The position numbers were made by a program, and so were the translations under genes. From Truepera sp. (GTDB lineage Bacteria; Deinococcota; Deinococci; Deinococcales; Trueperaceae), in the NCBI GenBank assembly GCA_965218435.1, contig CBDCKW010000009.1:768001-832000 (forward strand): a DNA stretch of 64,000 nucleotides. The letters run 5' to 3'. Every line of letters begins with the position of its first letter. Position 1 is the first letter of the stretch. Below the pieces are notes generated by a model. It did no database searches. It had not been told where the DNA came from and was given only the letters and a program-made list of their open reading frames with translations. Shown in pieces: positions 19,862 through 29,976 of the stretch.

Positions 19862-22513
19862 TTAGTCGGTCGTTTTTGCCAACACTTCTTCCAAGGTCGT
19901 CAACCCTGAAAACGCCTTAAACACCCCGTCGTCGCGGAGCGTTTTCATCCCACCTTGAACGGCGATCTCTTTAATATCAGTTGACGATTTGCCCTGCACG
20001 ATCGCTGTTTCAACCCCGTCTGCGACGCTTAGGAGTTCGTGAATGGCGGCGCGGCCGTTGTAGCCGGTGCCGTTACACTTGTCGCAGCCGACGCCGCGAA
20101 AAAGACTCGCGCCCGCGAGCTGCTTTTCGTCCAGGTCTAAGCGCCGTAAAATGTCGGGGTCGGGCGTATAGGCGACGCGGCACTCGTTACAGACTCGGCG
20201 AACGAGGCGCTGCGCGAGGACGCCGAGCAGCGACGCGGAGATATTAAACGGTTCAACACCCATCTCCTCCAAACGGGTCACGGCCCCGGCGGAGTCGTTC
20301 GTGTGCAAGGTGGCGATGACCAGGTGGCCGGTCAGGGCCGCTTCGACCGCGATTTTGGCGGTTTCGGTGTCACGAATCTCACCGATCATAATGACGTCGG
20401 GGTCTTGGCGTAAAAACGAGCGTAGGGCGCTCGCAAAGGTCAGACCCGCTTTGACGTTCACCTGCGTCTGGTTGATGCCCGGAATCTCATATTCTACCGG
20501 GTCTTCCACGGTTGTCACGTTCACGTCCGGCGTAGCGATACGTTTCAAGATCGAAAAGGTGGTAAACGACTTGCCTGAACCGGTGGGGCCGGTGATGAGA
20601 AAAATCCCGTAGGGTTTTTGGATGGTGTCGGTAAAGCGCTCGAGGTTATAGTCGGCAAACCCGAGCTGCTCGATTTCCGGGATCGAGGTCGCTTTTTTTA
20701 AGATACGCATCACGGCCTTTTCGCCGTAAACCGTCGGCAGGGTTGACAACCGCAGGTCAACCTCCATGTTTTTGTCCTTAAACCGCACGCGGCCGTCTTG
20801 GGGCAATCGGCGTTCAGCGATATTTAAGCGGCCCATGATCTTGATGCGCGCTGACATCGCGCCCGCGACGCCTTTGGGCATCGTCATGTATTCGCGGAGC
20901 GCACCGTCTTTACGGACCCTTACGACTACTTTATCGGGGCGTGGTTCGATGTGAATATCCGAAATATCGTTTAACACCGACTCGCGGATGATGTTGTTGA
21001 CCACCTTGACGAGCGCCGTGTCGTCTAAGTTCGAGTCGTCGCTGATCTCTTCTTTATCGCCGATCTCTTCTAACGCGGCCTTAGCCAGGTCTTCCATCGA
21101 ATCGCCGGAGCGGTAGTAGCGGTTGATCAGCCGAATGAGCGTCTCTTCGGTGGCCACCGCCGGACGGATCTCACGGCCGGTAATCAGCCGAATGTCGTCG
21201 AGTGCGAAGATGTGGCGAGGGTCTTTCATGGCCAGCACGACGGCGCTGCCCTCGAGTCGTAGCGGCATCACGTTGTAGCGGCGAATCGTGCCTTCAGGGA
21301 CGAGCGTCACGACAAACGGGTCAACCGGGACGTTCTCTTCGACAAACTCGTACCCGAGCTGCATGGCGAGGCTGCGGGCGAGCATTTCGGGGCTGATTTT
21401 GCCCGATTGGACGAGCGTATCTTCTAACCGGCCACCCCCGATACGCTGCTTTGACAGCGCATTTTGCACGTCTTCACGCGTCACGTAGCCGAGGTCTACC
21501 AAGATTTCGCCGAGCGGTTTGACGCGGCCGAGTTTGTTTTGTTTAGCTAACGCCTCGCGGAGCTGTTCGCGGCGGAGTTTGTTACTTGCCATCAGCGTTT
21601 CACCCAAACGGCCCTTGTCGGCGTCGTAAAGCCGTTCGGTCAGCCGCTGCACCTGGCTTTCGGGCGCAACGACAAAGGTCACCGGACGTGGGATAATTTC
21701 GGCGACTTCGGTACCTTTACGCGGGTCGGCTAAAGCGACGACCAGCACGCCGTCATCTTCTCTAAAGGGCACGGCGCGGTACTGCAGGGCGTCTACGCGC
21801 AGGAGGCTCGAGGCGATCTTTTCGCTGACCTTAAGGCCCTCGAGCTTAGCGACAAACGGGAGTTCGGCCTGCTCCGCCAACAGTTCGGCGAGCTGAACTT
21901 CGCTTAAAAACCCCTGCTCGAGCAAGATGTGCCCCAACAGTCCGCCCGTACGCCCCTGCTGCTCCAAAGCGTTTTTAAGCTGTTCGTCGGTGATCAGACC
22001 CAAACTTTTGGCGAGGTCGCCGACGCGCTGCCCCAGCTGCGGATTGACCTCGGCGGGGGGCGTCAGGCCGAGTTCGGGGTAGTAGGTCGCCAAGGCCCAC
22101 GCGAGTTCCGCCGAGAGCGCCTGATACGGTTCGATGATACAGTCCGAGACGTCCTCGAGTTCTTCGACTGCGAGCGCGTCGAGCGGGTCAACAAAGGCGA
22201 CGCGTAAGCGGTTATTCGTCACGTGAAAGGGGAAGGCGCGCAACTCTAGGGCTGTCTCCGCCGGAACTTTGTTCAACGCTTCGGGGTCAACTTGGGCGCG
22301 CGGCAACGCCACGAGCGGAATTCCGATGGCTTCTTCGATGGCGCGGGCAATCCGCTGCTCCGAGACGACACCTAAACCCACGAGCACCTCGGCCAAACGT
22401 CCGCCCATTTCGGCGTGGCGGCCGATCGCGCGTTGCAAGCCGTCATCAGACACGAAGCCACGTTCTAAGAGCATCGCGCCGAGGCGTTTGTCGCCTATGG
22501 ACAAAACGGGCAC
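19862..22513 (-). CDS. pilB: Type IV pilus assembly ATPase with multiple N-terminal GSPII/MshEN domains (Thermus PilF-type)
   Basis: Repeated RLGxxL…LxxALxxQ motifs, ERRLPQDGR, GPTGSGKS, LRQDPD, CNEC…CDKC zinc motif. Confidence 0.96.
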   Translation of the reverse strand: MPVLSIGDKRLGAMLLERGFVSDDGLQRAIGRHAEMGGRLAEVLVGLGVVSEQRIARAIEEAIGIPLVALPRAQVDPEALNKVPAETALELRAFPFHVTNNRLRVAFVDPLDALAVEELEDVSDCIIEPYQALSAELAWALATYYPELGLTPPAEVNPQLGQRVGDLAKSLGLITDEQLKNALEQQGRTGGLLGHILLEQGFLSEVQLAELLAEQAELPFVAKLEGLKVSEKIASSLLRVDALQYRAVPFREDDGVLVVALADPRKGTEVAEIIPRPVTFVVAPESQVQRLTERLYDADKGRLGETLMASNKLRREQLREALAKQNKLGRVKPLGEILVDLGYVTREDVQNALSKQRIGGGRLEDTLVQSGKISPEMLARSLAMQLGYEFVEENVPVDPFVVTLVPEGTIRRYNVMPLRLEGSAVVLAMKDPRHIFALDDIRLITGREIRPAVATEETLIRLINRYYRSGDSMEDLAKAALEEIGDKEEISDDSNLDDTALVKVVNNIIRESVLNDISDIHIEPRPDKVVVRVRKDGALREYMTMPKGVAGAMSARIKIMGRLNIAERRLPQDGRVRFKDKNMEVDLRLSTLPTVYGEKAVMRILKKATSIPEIEQLGFADYNLERFTDTIQKPYGIFLITGPTGSGKSFTTFSILKRIATPDVNVTTVEDPVEYEIPGINQTQVNVKAGLTFASALRSFLRQDPDVIMIGEIRDTETAKIAVEAALTGHLVIATLHTNDSAGAVTRLEEMGVEPFNISASLLGVLAQRLVRRVCNECRVAYTPDPDILRRLDLDEKQLAGASLFRGVGCDKCNGTGYNGRAAIHELLSVADGVETAIVQGKSSTDIKEIAVQGGMKTLRDDGVFKAFSGLTTLEEVLAKTTD

Positions 22514-23031
22514 GCGGCACCTCCTATACGGCGAGCAGTGTGGGGTCGCCTGGCAAATCTTTTGAGTAAGAACGTCTCGAGGTACCGTAAAACGCGGGTG
22601 TGGGGCAGCTTGCCGGGGGAGAGGGGTGTGACTAAAACCGAAACCATTCCGGCACGGTTGGCCCCGAGCACATCGGTAAAAAGCTGATCGCCGACCATCG
22701 CCGTTTCACGGGCGGGCGTCCCGAGTTTTTCGAGTCCCCGCCGGAAGGCGCGGCCCCGTGGTTTGCCGGTCAAAGGCAGGCCCTCGAGCCCCAGCTCCGC
22801 CGCCCAACGTGCGACCCGGATACGCGTCCCGTTACTTAAAATGGCGACCGGAATCTGCGCCAGCCGGAGGGACTCGAGCCACACCTTAAAAAGCGGCTCT
22901 AACAGGTCGCTCCCGGCGGCGAGCAGGGTGTCGTCTAGGTCAACAAGTACCGCACGCACACCGAGCGCGTGTAAAAAGTCCGGGGTCACCTCGGTAACTG
23001 AAATGACCACGGCGTCGGGGCGTAACATCAT
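22495..23031 (-). CDS. YqeG-family HAD IIIA phosphatase
   Basis: VDLDDTL, LSN, KP, VGDQLFTDVLGANRAG. Confidence 0.92.
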   Translation of the reverse strand: MMLRPDAVVISVTEVTPDFLHALGVRAVLVDLDDTLLAAGSDLLEPLFKVWLESLRLAQIPVAILSNGTRIRVARWAAELGLEGLPLTGKPRGRAFRRGLEKLGTPARETAMVGDQLFTDVLGANRAGMVSVLVTPLSPGKLPHTRVLRYLETFLLKRFARRPHTARRIGGAACPFCP

Positions 23032-23123
23032 AGCGGCAATTTATCATGAGGTGTCCGGCGCACTTAGCACGAAACTTCACGGCGTACTAAACCCTCGTTA
23101 AAGATTTTGCTACGCTTTCGCTA

Positions 23124-23221
23124 CCTCAACCTCTCTGCTGAGCCGAAATTCGTTGTCTGCTACGGCGACTTTGTGTAAGTCGCACGGTCAACGTTTAGGT
23201 CTCTGTCGGGTGAGATTGAGG
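23124..23221 (+). ncRNA. Candidate rod-shaped small RNA or long hairpin
   Basis: Nested pairings cctcaacctc/gagattgagg, tctgctgag/ctctgtcggg, ccgaaa/tttagg, cgttg/caacg, gcgactt/aagtcgc. Extended -10 TGcTACGCT at 23108-23116. Confidence 0.45.
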
Positions 23222-23266
23222 ATTACTCAGGAGCCTAGCTTCACACCCGGTTCGAGAAAAGCGCGT

Positions 23267-24199
23267 TTACGACGCTTTTGCTGGAACCAGCATCGCCTGC
23301 GTTACGGTCTCACCGAACGCTTCGGGGTCGTCTAACCAAGGATAATGTGCGGTTTCTAACAAACTGACGAGCGCCTGCGGCAGGGCGCTTAAGACCAGCT
23401 CGGCTTGGCGCGGATAACAGCTGCCGTCTTCACGTCCGACGATGACCACAGTCGAAACCTCACGGAGCGGCGTAAGGTCGGCGGTCAGCTCCCAGATGTC
23501 TTGCCAACCGGTCAACACGCTCTCTTGCAACTCGGTAAATAGTTCGGCGTCGGTGTGCTCGAGCCTCATTCGGCTGCCGGTGCTTGAAAAAAAGAGCGAA
23601 TCGAATAAGCCTTTACCGCCCGCACTCTGAGCCGCTTCGGAGACGCGCTCGGCGGGCGGCAGCTCAGCGAGGTCGTCTTCACTGACCTCACGGCCTGAGA
23701 GTCGCGCCGAGGCGAGCTGCACGGTTTTGGCGAGTTCTGGCATATCTACCCAAGGATTGACTAACACGACGCGTTCGACGCGCTCAGGCGACCTTTTTAC
23801 TACCGCCGCTGCAATCAGCGCCCCGAAACCGTGTGCGAGCAGCGTCACACGCTCCACTCTGAGCGCGTCTAAAATAGCGAACACGTCCCCCGCTAACGCC
23901 TCAACGCCGAGGTCGGCCCCGGTGTCGGCGAGGCTCCGGCCCGCACCGCGTTGGTCGGCGTAGATCGTCCGAAAGCTGCGCAGCTCATCTTCAGCCAGTT
24001 CACGAAACGAATGGCTGTTGTAGCCGGGGCCGCTGTGCAAGTAAAAAATCACCGGCGCATCGGCCGGACCGACCAACTCAAAATACAATTCGGCGTCGAG
24101 CGTGTCTAAGCGGTACATCTCGTCGAAGATATCTGAACTATAGCCTGCGCTGTAATCTAATGCGTCTGCTACGTTGCTGTCTGTATCATCTCTATCCAT
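23267..24199 (-). CDS. Alpha/beta hydrolase fold protein (proline iminopeptidase-like)
   Basis: LHSGPG, DQRGAGRS, and AHGFGA at the nucleophile elbow (Ser replaced by Gly). Confidence 0.85.
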   Translation of the reverse strand: MDRDDTDSNVADALDYSAGYSSDIFDEMYRLDTLDAELYFELVGPADAPVIFYLHSGPGYNSHSFRELAEDELRSFRTIYADQRGAGRSLADTGADLGVEALAGDVFAILDALRVERVTLLAHGFGALIAAAVVKRSPERVERVVLVNPWVDMPELAKTVQLASARLSGREVSEDDLAELPPAERVSEAAQSAGGKGLFDSLFFSSTGSRMRLEHTDAELFTELQESVLTGWQDIWELTADLTPLREVSTVVIVGREDGSCYPRQAELVLSALPQALVSLLETAHYPWLDDPEAFGETVTQAMLVPAKAS

Positions 24200-24210
24200 A
24201 TTTCCGCCTA

Positions 24211-24417
24211 CTAGCTAACTCGTCTGAACTGCCAGACCTTCGCACCTTGGGGAACTGTAACGGAAGGTGCGTCGTCGGTATAACAGACGAGCAAGAAAAG
24301 TCTAGCTTGAGTTTGGCTCTCGAGCAGTTCCGCCTTGATTCCTGTCCTGAGAAGCGTCTCTGCCAACGCCCCCAACTGCGCCTTGGCGTCCGCTCCGGCA
24401 AGTTCATAAAACGTCAC
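24211..24417 (-). CDS. Small hypothetical protein
   Basis: 68 aa; TACACT box 7 nt before GTG; directly upstream of the hydrolase. Confidence 0.6.
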   Translation of the reverse strand: MTFYELAGADAKAQLGALAETLLRTGIKAELLESQTQARLFLLVCYTDDAPSVTVPQGAKVWQFRRVS

Positions 24418-24572
24418 GCGTCCCAGTGTAACGCGTCTTAAGGCGAGATGAAGAAATTTAGCTTTTTCTTGCGGCCGAATATGCTAACGTAAATTTATGT
24501 AACAGTTTATTGTTCCCCTTCGCCTACGGGCCTGACCAGCATCTACACTTCAGCTCGCTCAGGAGGAACATC

Positions 24573-25010
24573 ATGACCTCTTTTCCAAAATCTAACGATT
24601 CTATAAAACAGTACCGGCGGCTACGCGTCCGCACACTTGATGACTTGCAACCGCTGATTCAAGACGGGCGTTACCGCGTCGGACCGCACGCGCTGCGCCA
24701 CGCCGCCTGTGAAGGGTTTTCTGAAAAAGATATGGTGGCGTCCGCGCTTTACGGTCAAGAACTGGTGCGTTACTTAGAGGATGAACGGCTTTTGGCGCTC
24801 GGTTACATCTGTCCGAGTCCGGCGGTTAGGATTCCGCTCCACGTCGTGTTAGAGTACGCCCGCCCGCGTTGGGTAGACATCGTTACGGCGTATATTCCGG
24901 TCAAAGCGCACAGCCCGGTCTCGAGAACGCGGCTCGCTGAACTTTTACGGTATGACCAGGCTCCGACACGGCGGCAGGCGCTCAAGGGGGTGCGTTGGGG
25001 TGGGACCTGA
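24573..25010 (+). CDS. DUF4258-like protein
   Basis: AGGAGG RBS; HALRHA..EGF, PLHVVLEY, DIVTAYIP. Confidence 0.7.
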   Translation: MTSFPKSNDSIKQYRRLRVRTLDDLQPLIQDGRYRVGPHALRHAACEGFSEKDMVASALYGQELVRYLEDERLLALGYICPSPAVRIPLHVVLEYARPRWVDIVTAYIPVKAHSPVSRTRLAELLRYDQAPTRRQALKGVRWGGT

Positions 25011-25020
25011 AGGGTTTTAA

Positions 25021-25515
25021 GTGCCAACCCTTATCTTTGTTAGCGGTTTGATCAATTCGGGTAAAACAACGGTTAGTCAGTGCTTGACCGAACGCCTAAC
25101 ACGTGTTGCTCACGTACAGGGCGACGCGCTACGTCACTTTGTAACTCGGTTGTCACTCGAGGACGCGTTACCTGTCACGTTTGCAAACATCAGGGTGGTG
25201 TCAAATAATTTTCTCTTGGCAGGTTTTGACGTCGTAGTTGATTATCCACTTTCCCAGCCTAGCTATAAAGAGCTTTGTAATGCACTTTCCAAATCTGCGT
25301 CAGCTACCTATGCCTTCGTCTTGTCTCCATCTCTGGAGGTGGCTCAGAGCAGACGCGGCGACCGGGTACTGAGCCTACATGAAGTCGAAAAGATTGCCGT
25401 TCATTACAGCACGAACCTGCACAATCCCGGATTTGGCGTCCGTATCGATAACTCTGAACAGACGCCGCGAGAAACTACTGAAGTAATTCTGCAGCACATT
25501 GGCAAGTATTATTAG
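25021..25515 (+). CDS. P-loop nucleotide kinase (AAA_33-like)
   Basis: GLINSGKTT, DVVVDY, IDNSEQTP.ET. Confidence 0.8.
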   Translation: MPTLIFVSGLINSGKTTVSQCLTERLTRVAHVQGDALRHFVTRLSLEDALPVTFANIRVVSNNFLLAGFDVVVDYPLSQPSYKELCNALSKSASATYAFVLSPSLEVAQSRRGDRVLSLHEVEKIAVHYSTNLHNPGFGVRIDNSEQTPRETTEVILQHIGKYY

Positions 25516-26270
25516 TTGGGTAATGTATATACGGTGTGCGCGTTGGCGTCTAAGGTGGGCTCGAGCCCACCTAAACTCGTCCCGCGCAGCTCAGCTAAAA
25601 ATGCTGCGGTGTAGCGCACCCTAGCAGGTACGTTCGGCCTACCACGTTTAGGTTCAGGGGATAAGTAGGGGCTGTCAGTCTCGACCAAAAGCCGGTCTTC
25701 GGGAATCTTTCGCGCCGCAGCTTGCAAGTTCTTGGCACTTTTATAGGTCAAATTACCGGCAAACGAAACGTACCAGCCTAGCCCCAGGCCAGCTTCTAAA
25801 AGCCCTTCGTGACCGTTAAAACAGTGCAAAATACCCTGCGTGTGACCGGCTCTCAAAAGTGCGTCCCTGGCGGCTAATGAGGCAGTTTCTTGACCCTGCT
25901 TATCACGCACATGCAAGACGAGCGGTTTATAGGTCCGCGCCGCAAGCTCGGCGTGCCAGAAGAAAACGTCCCTTTGCACCGCTAAGGGGACCGCGTCCCA
26001 GTAGGTATCAAAGCCGGTTTCACCGATGCCGACGACTTTCGGGTGTTCGGCCAACCTTTCGATCTCGGCTCTGACTTCCGGGGTGGCTTCATCGGCGCTG
26101 TTTGGGTGAACGCCCAGCACAGCCCAAACATTTTGGAACCTATCAGCGAGCTCCAAGGTGCGGTGACAGCTCGCCTCGTCGGTACCGACGCTGATGATGG
26201 CGGCTAAGCTGGGGTCGGCAGCCTCAGTTGGGTCGTCACACGCGTCTAGGTGGCAGTGCGTATCAATCAT
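25512..26270 (-). CDS. tatD: TatD-family DNase
   Basis: MIDTHCHLD, GVHP, GETGFD, LHCF, ETDSPYL. Start follows a TATGCT box. Confidence 0.95.
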   Translation of the reverse strand: MIDTHCHLDACDDPTEAADPSLAAIISVGTDEASCHRTLELADRFQNVWAVLGVHPNSADEATPEVRAEIERLAEHPKVVGIGETGFDTYWDAVPLAVQRDVFFWHAELAARTYKPLVLHVRDKQGQETASLAARDALLRAGHTQGILHCFNGHEGLLEAGLGLGWYVSFAGNLTYKSAKNLQAAARKIPEDRLLVETDSPYLSPEPKRGRPNVPARVRYTAAFLAELRGTSLGGLEPTLDANAHTVYTLPN

Positions 26271-26529
26271 TCCATAAGCATAACGGTAGGCCGCTGCAAC
26301 ACACTGGGCTGACAGACACCGCTTAAACTCACCGCAAGTCCGCCGCAAGGTGCGCTTTTTACCCTACCTTTATGACACCGGCTAAGGCATCCCGACTCGT
26401 CCGTCCTGCTGAGACTATGCTCCCCCAAAGCCCCGTCCTGCCCCGCCGCCTTAAGCTGCGCTTAAGGTTGAGCCCAAATAGTGCAATACGAGGAGGCGCG
26501 TTTTGCGTTTGTCAAGTGCAGGTGACCCG

Positions 26530-26931
26530 ATGATCTACCGTTCACGTTATCTCGACCGTATGCTCTTTTCGCCGCTCGGCTACCGGCACGACGCTCGCCC
26601 GCCGCACGCGAAACGGACTCGTTCACCTACCCAGTCACGTGCCCAAGTGCAACCACAAGCTCAGCCTTGTAGCGAACAGCCCCTTAGCTCTGGTTACCCA
26701 CAACTGGGTTATCCACAACCTGGTTATCCACAACCGAGCTATCAACAGCCTTTAGCACAACCTACTTATCAGCAGACAGGTCATTTGGGTGAACGCGCGT
26801 CTTATCTCTCGAGCCGCGAACTCCGTTTAATTGTTGGGCGCTGCGAAGAGACGATTAAGGGTGGACGGGCACAGATTGAAGATTACGAAGCGTTTGTGAT
26901 CTGTCAGCAAGAACTCAGCAGCCGGGCGTAA
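26530..26931 (+). CDS. Hypothetical protein with GYPQP repeats
   Basis: AGGTG RBS, Q/P-rich 15-bp repeats at 26692-26751, short helical C-terminus. Confidence 0.55.
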   Translation: MIYRSRYLDRMLFSPLGYRHDARPPHAKRTRSPTQSRAQVQPQAQPCSEQPLSSGYPQLGYPQPGYPQPSYQQPLAQPTYQQTGHLGERASYLSSRELRLIVGRCEETIKGGRAQIEDYEAFVICQQELSSRA

Positions 26932-26939
26932 ACTAGGCG

Positions 26940-27572
26940 ATGCGCCGCACATCTGCTCGCAAAGTATTTAGCTTATCTGCTCTGCTGTTACTGCTATATC
27001 TACTGAGCGCCTGTGCGCCCGGTCTCAGCCGGGTACCCAACGCCGAAGAAGGTACAGCGTCGTGGTACGGCCCCGGTTTTGACGGCAAACTGACCGCGAA
27101 CGGCGAAATCTTTGACACCACCAAACTGACGGCGGCGCATCAGACCTTACCCTTTGACACGTTGGTGCGTGTGACGAACCTGGGAAACAACCGGGTCGTT
27201 GTGGTGCGGGTCAATGACCGTGGACCTTTCGTCGGCGGGCGTATCTTGGACCTCTCACAAGCAGCAGCGGAAAAGCTCGATATGATCGGGAGCGGAACGG
27301 CGCGGGTGAGGCTCGAGCTGCTTTCAGAGATGCCCGCCGCGAGCTGGCGCGTCGGCTTATCCCCTGAAGTTACGGGGTATGACGCGCTCTCGAGGCTGCA
27401 CCGCCCCGGTGAACTGCTGCTCTTAAAAAGCGCCGGAGAATCGGTGCTCCTGCGTGTGGTCGGCGGTCTACCCGAAACGGCTGAGACCGACTTACTGCTT
27501 TCTCAGCCGGTGTACGACTCGCTCGACTTGGGTTCGCTGATGGTTGAACCGGTGTCGGTGTCGGGGCCGTAA
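26940..27572 (+). CDS. rlpA: Septal ring lytic transglycosylase RlpA lipoprotein
   Basis: Lipobox LSAC, ASWYG, TANGE, AAHQTLPF, VNDRGPF, DLS.AAA. Confidence 0.93.
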   Translation: MRRTSARKVFSLSALLLLLYLLSACAPGLSRVPNAEEGTASWYGPGFDGKLTANGEIFDTTKLTAAHQTLPFDTLVRVTNLGNNRVVVVRVNDRGPFVGGRILDLSQAAAEKLDMIGSGTARVRLELLSEMPAASWRVGLSPEVTGYDALSRLHRPGELLLLKSAGESVLLRVVGGLPETAETDLLLSQPVYDSLDLGSLMVEPVSVSGP

Positions 27573-27710
27573 ATCCCGTCAATAGCACTTCCAAGAAAGT
27601 TTGCACCAAACATCATCCTAGAATCTTAGAATGTACGTGTTGGTCAGCAAAACTTAGACGGAGAGCGTTGCCAACCAGATAATACCTGCTGAGAAAACAA
27701 ACTAAACCGT

Positions 27711-27743
27711 AAAAAATAGCCGTGAGCGTCTTTACCTCACGGC
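27711..27743 (-). terminator. trpA terminator
   Basis: GCCGTGAG/CTCACGGC stem plus T-tract on minus. Confidence 0.7.
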
Positions 27744-27769
27744 GGTTAGATGATTGGCTAAAGCTACCT

Positions 27770-28570
27770 CTAAAATGATCTTTGGGCGACAGGTTTACGG
27801 CACGCCGAGGCGATCTCTTGAGCTAACGCATCCACATCTTTCCCTTCAGCAATCGCGCTAATCAGGGCTGAACCGACCACTACACCGTCGGCAACGGCGG
27901 CAACCGGTTGAGCAGTCTCTGCGCTCGAGACCCCGAAGCCCACCGCGACCGGCAACGAACTCACCTCTTTAACACGCCGTACCAGTTCAGGAACTTCGTG
28001 CGGCAACGCAGTCCGGGCACCCGTCACGCCCGTGACCGAGACGGCGTAGATAAAGCCGCGGCACGCGGCGGTCACGGTCTCGAGCCTTTCCCGCGTTGAG
28101 GTCGGGGCGACCAAAAAGACTGTATCGAAGTCAAGCTCACGCGCCGCCGGAATCAAGGTTTCGGCTTCTTCCGGGGGCAAATCGGGCAAAATCACGCCGT
28201 CCGCTCCGGCTTTTTGCAGGTCTCTCAAGAACTCAGCTTCGCCACCTTGGTAACAGTAGATCGGATTGTAATAGGTCATTAAAACGATGGCTTTGTCGCT
28301 CGTCTCGCGCAGTTTGGCGATCAGCTCAAACGTTTTCTTGGTCGTCATGCCTTGACGCAACACCTGTTCGGACGACCGCTGAATCGTCGGGCCGTCGCCT
28401 AACGGGTCGGAATAGGGAAGACCGACCTCGAGCACATCGGCCACTTCTAATAAAGTCTTTGCCTGCTCTGAAAATCCGGCCTCATCGGGAAAACCTGCCG
28501 TCAGATACGGCACGAACGCGGCCCGATCCTCTTCTCGAGCTTTCGCAAATGCCTCTTTAATTCTGCTCAC
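27770..28570 (-). CDS. trpA: Tryptophan synthase alpha chain
   Basis: [36 protein letters not shown]. Confidence 0.97.
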   Translation of the reverse strand: MSRIKEAFAKAREEDRAAFVPYLTAGFPDEAGFSEQAKTLLEVADVLEVGLPYSDPLGDGPTIQRSSEQVLRQGMTTKKTFELIAKLRETSDKAIVLMTYYNPIYCYQGGEAEFLRDLQKAGADGVILPDLPPEEAETLIPAARELDFDTVFLVAPTSTRERLETVTAACRGFIYAVSVTGVTGARTALPHEVPELVRRVKEVSSLPVAVGFGVSSAETAQPVAAVADGVVVGSALISAIAEGKDVDALAQEIASACRKPVAQRSF

Positions 28571-29783
28571 GATTCTCCTCCTGCATTTTTAAGACGCGCA
28601 TCGCTTCTGAAACGTCCTTGTCGCCGCGCCCGGAGAGGTTGACGACGATAAGCTCTTCGGGTTTCATCTCGGGCGCTAGGTTGACGGCGTAAGAGACGGC
28701 GTGGGCGGTCTCGAGCGCCGGGATAATCCCTTCAATTCGGCTCAGCAGCCCAAACGCCTCGAGCGCCTGCGTATCGTCTACGCCGATATATTCCGCAACC
28801 CCGGCGTCCGCATAATACGAATGTTCCGGTCCCACACCCGGATAATCGAGCCCTGCCGAAACCGAGTGCGCCGGGGTAATCTGGCCGTCGTCATCTGACA
28901 TCAAGTACATGAGCGCCCCGTGCAGCACACCTTTTTTCCCTGCAGTGATACTGGCAGCGTGTGCACCCGAATCCATCCCGTGCCCCGCCGCTTCGACCCC
29001 AATCATCCGGGGCCGCTCGTTTTCAGGCAGATATGCATACGGCGCGAAGAGCCCGATGGCGTTTGAGCCGCCGCCGACACACGCGACGATAGCGTCGGGG
29101 ACGCGGCGACCTTCAAGTTCCTCCAACTGCGCCATCGTTTCAAACCCGATCACGCTCTGAAAATCGCGCACCATCATCGGGTACGGGTGCGGCCCGACGA
29201 CCGAGCCGATGATGTAAAACGTGTCCCGCACATTCGTGACCCAATCACGAATAGCCTCGTTCGTCGCGTCTTTAAGCGTTTTCGTCCCGCTCGTGACCTC
29301 ACGCACCTCAGCACCCAAGAGCTTCATCCGAAAGACGTTCAGCGCCTGCCGCCGGATGTCCTCCGCGCCCATATAGACGACGCAACTTAAGCCAAAGAGC
29401 GCCGCCGCCGTCGCTGTCGCAACCCCGTGCTGTCCCGCACCCGTCTCGGCAATGACGCGCTGTTTCCCCATCCGTTTCGCTAAGAGTGCCTGCCCAATGG
29501 TGTTGTTGATCTTATGCGCGCCCGTATGGTTTAAGTCTTCACGCTTGAGATAAATCTTTGCGCCGCCCGCGTGCCTGGTCAGGTTTTCGGCGAAGTAGAG
29601 TGTGCTAGGTCTGCCGACAAACGTTTTCAGATAGAACTCGAAAGTTTTCTTAAACTCCGGGTCGTTCATCGCTTCGGTATAGGCAGCGGTCAAATTGTCG
29701 AGGGCCGGAATCAGCATTTCGGGGACGAAGCGCCCGCCGTATTCGCCGAAACGACCTCGAGCGTTAGGTAGTGGAAAAAGCAT
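28557..29783 (-). CDS. trpB: Tryptophan synthase beta chain
   Basis: [48 protein letters not shown]. Confidence 0.98.
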   Translation of the reverse strand: MLFPLPNARGRFGEYGGRFVPEMLIPALDNLTAAYTEAMNDPEFKKTFEFYLKTFVGRPSTLYFAENLTRHAGGAKIYLKREDLNHTGAHKINNTIGQALLAKRMGKQRVIAETGAGQHGVATATAAALFGLSCVVYMGAEDIRRQALNVFRMKLLGAEVREVTSGTKTLKDATNEAIRDWVTNVRDTFYIIGSVVGPHPYPMMVRDFQSVIGFETMAQLEELEGRRVPDAIVACVGGGSNAIGLFAPYAYLPENERPRMIGVEAAGHGMDSGAHAASITAGKKGVLHGALMYLMSDDDGQITPAHSVSAGLDYPGVGPEHSYYADAGVAEYIGVDDTQALEAFGLLSRIEGIIPALETAHAVSYAVNLAPEMKPEELIVVNLSGRGDKDVSEAMRVLKMQEENREQN

Positions 29784-29834
29784 AAAGCCTCCAAAAAAGG
29801 TAGATTTTTAGGTAAGGGAAAGGTCAGAACAAGA

Positions 29835-29933
29835 CTAAGGACGCCACCAGCGTTGGTGGTGCCATTTGAAGCTGCGCGGCGTACGGCTTCGCCTCGGTAG
29901 CGAGCTGACGCGGATGCGCGAAAGTGGCTTCAT
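29835..29933 (-). CDS. trpL: Trp leader peptide MKPLSRIRVSSLPRRSRTPRSFKWHHQRWWRP
   Basis: 32-aa ORF ending W..RWWRP, about 50 nt upstream of trpB; TAGACT box 6 nt before the ATG. Confidence 0.85.
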   Translation of the reverse strand: MKPLSRIRVSSLPRRSRTPRSFKWHHQRWWRP

Positions 29934-29976
29934 AAGGAGAGTCTAATAGCTATCAGCAGGGATTGTCCACTGTTCG

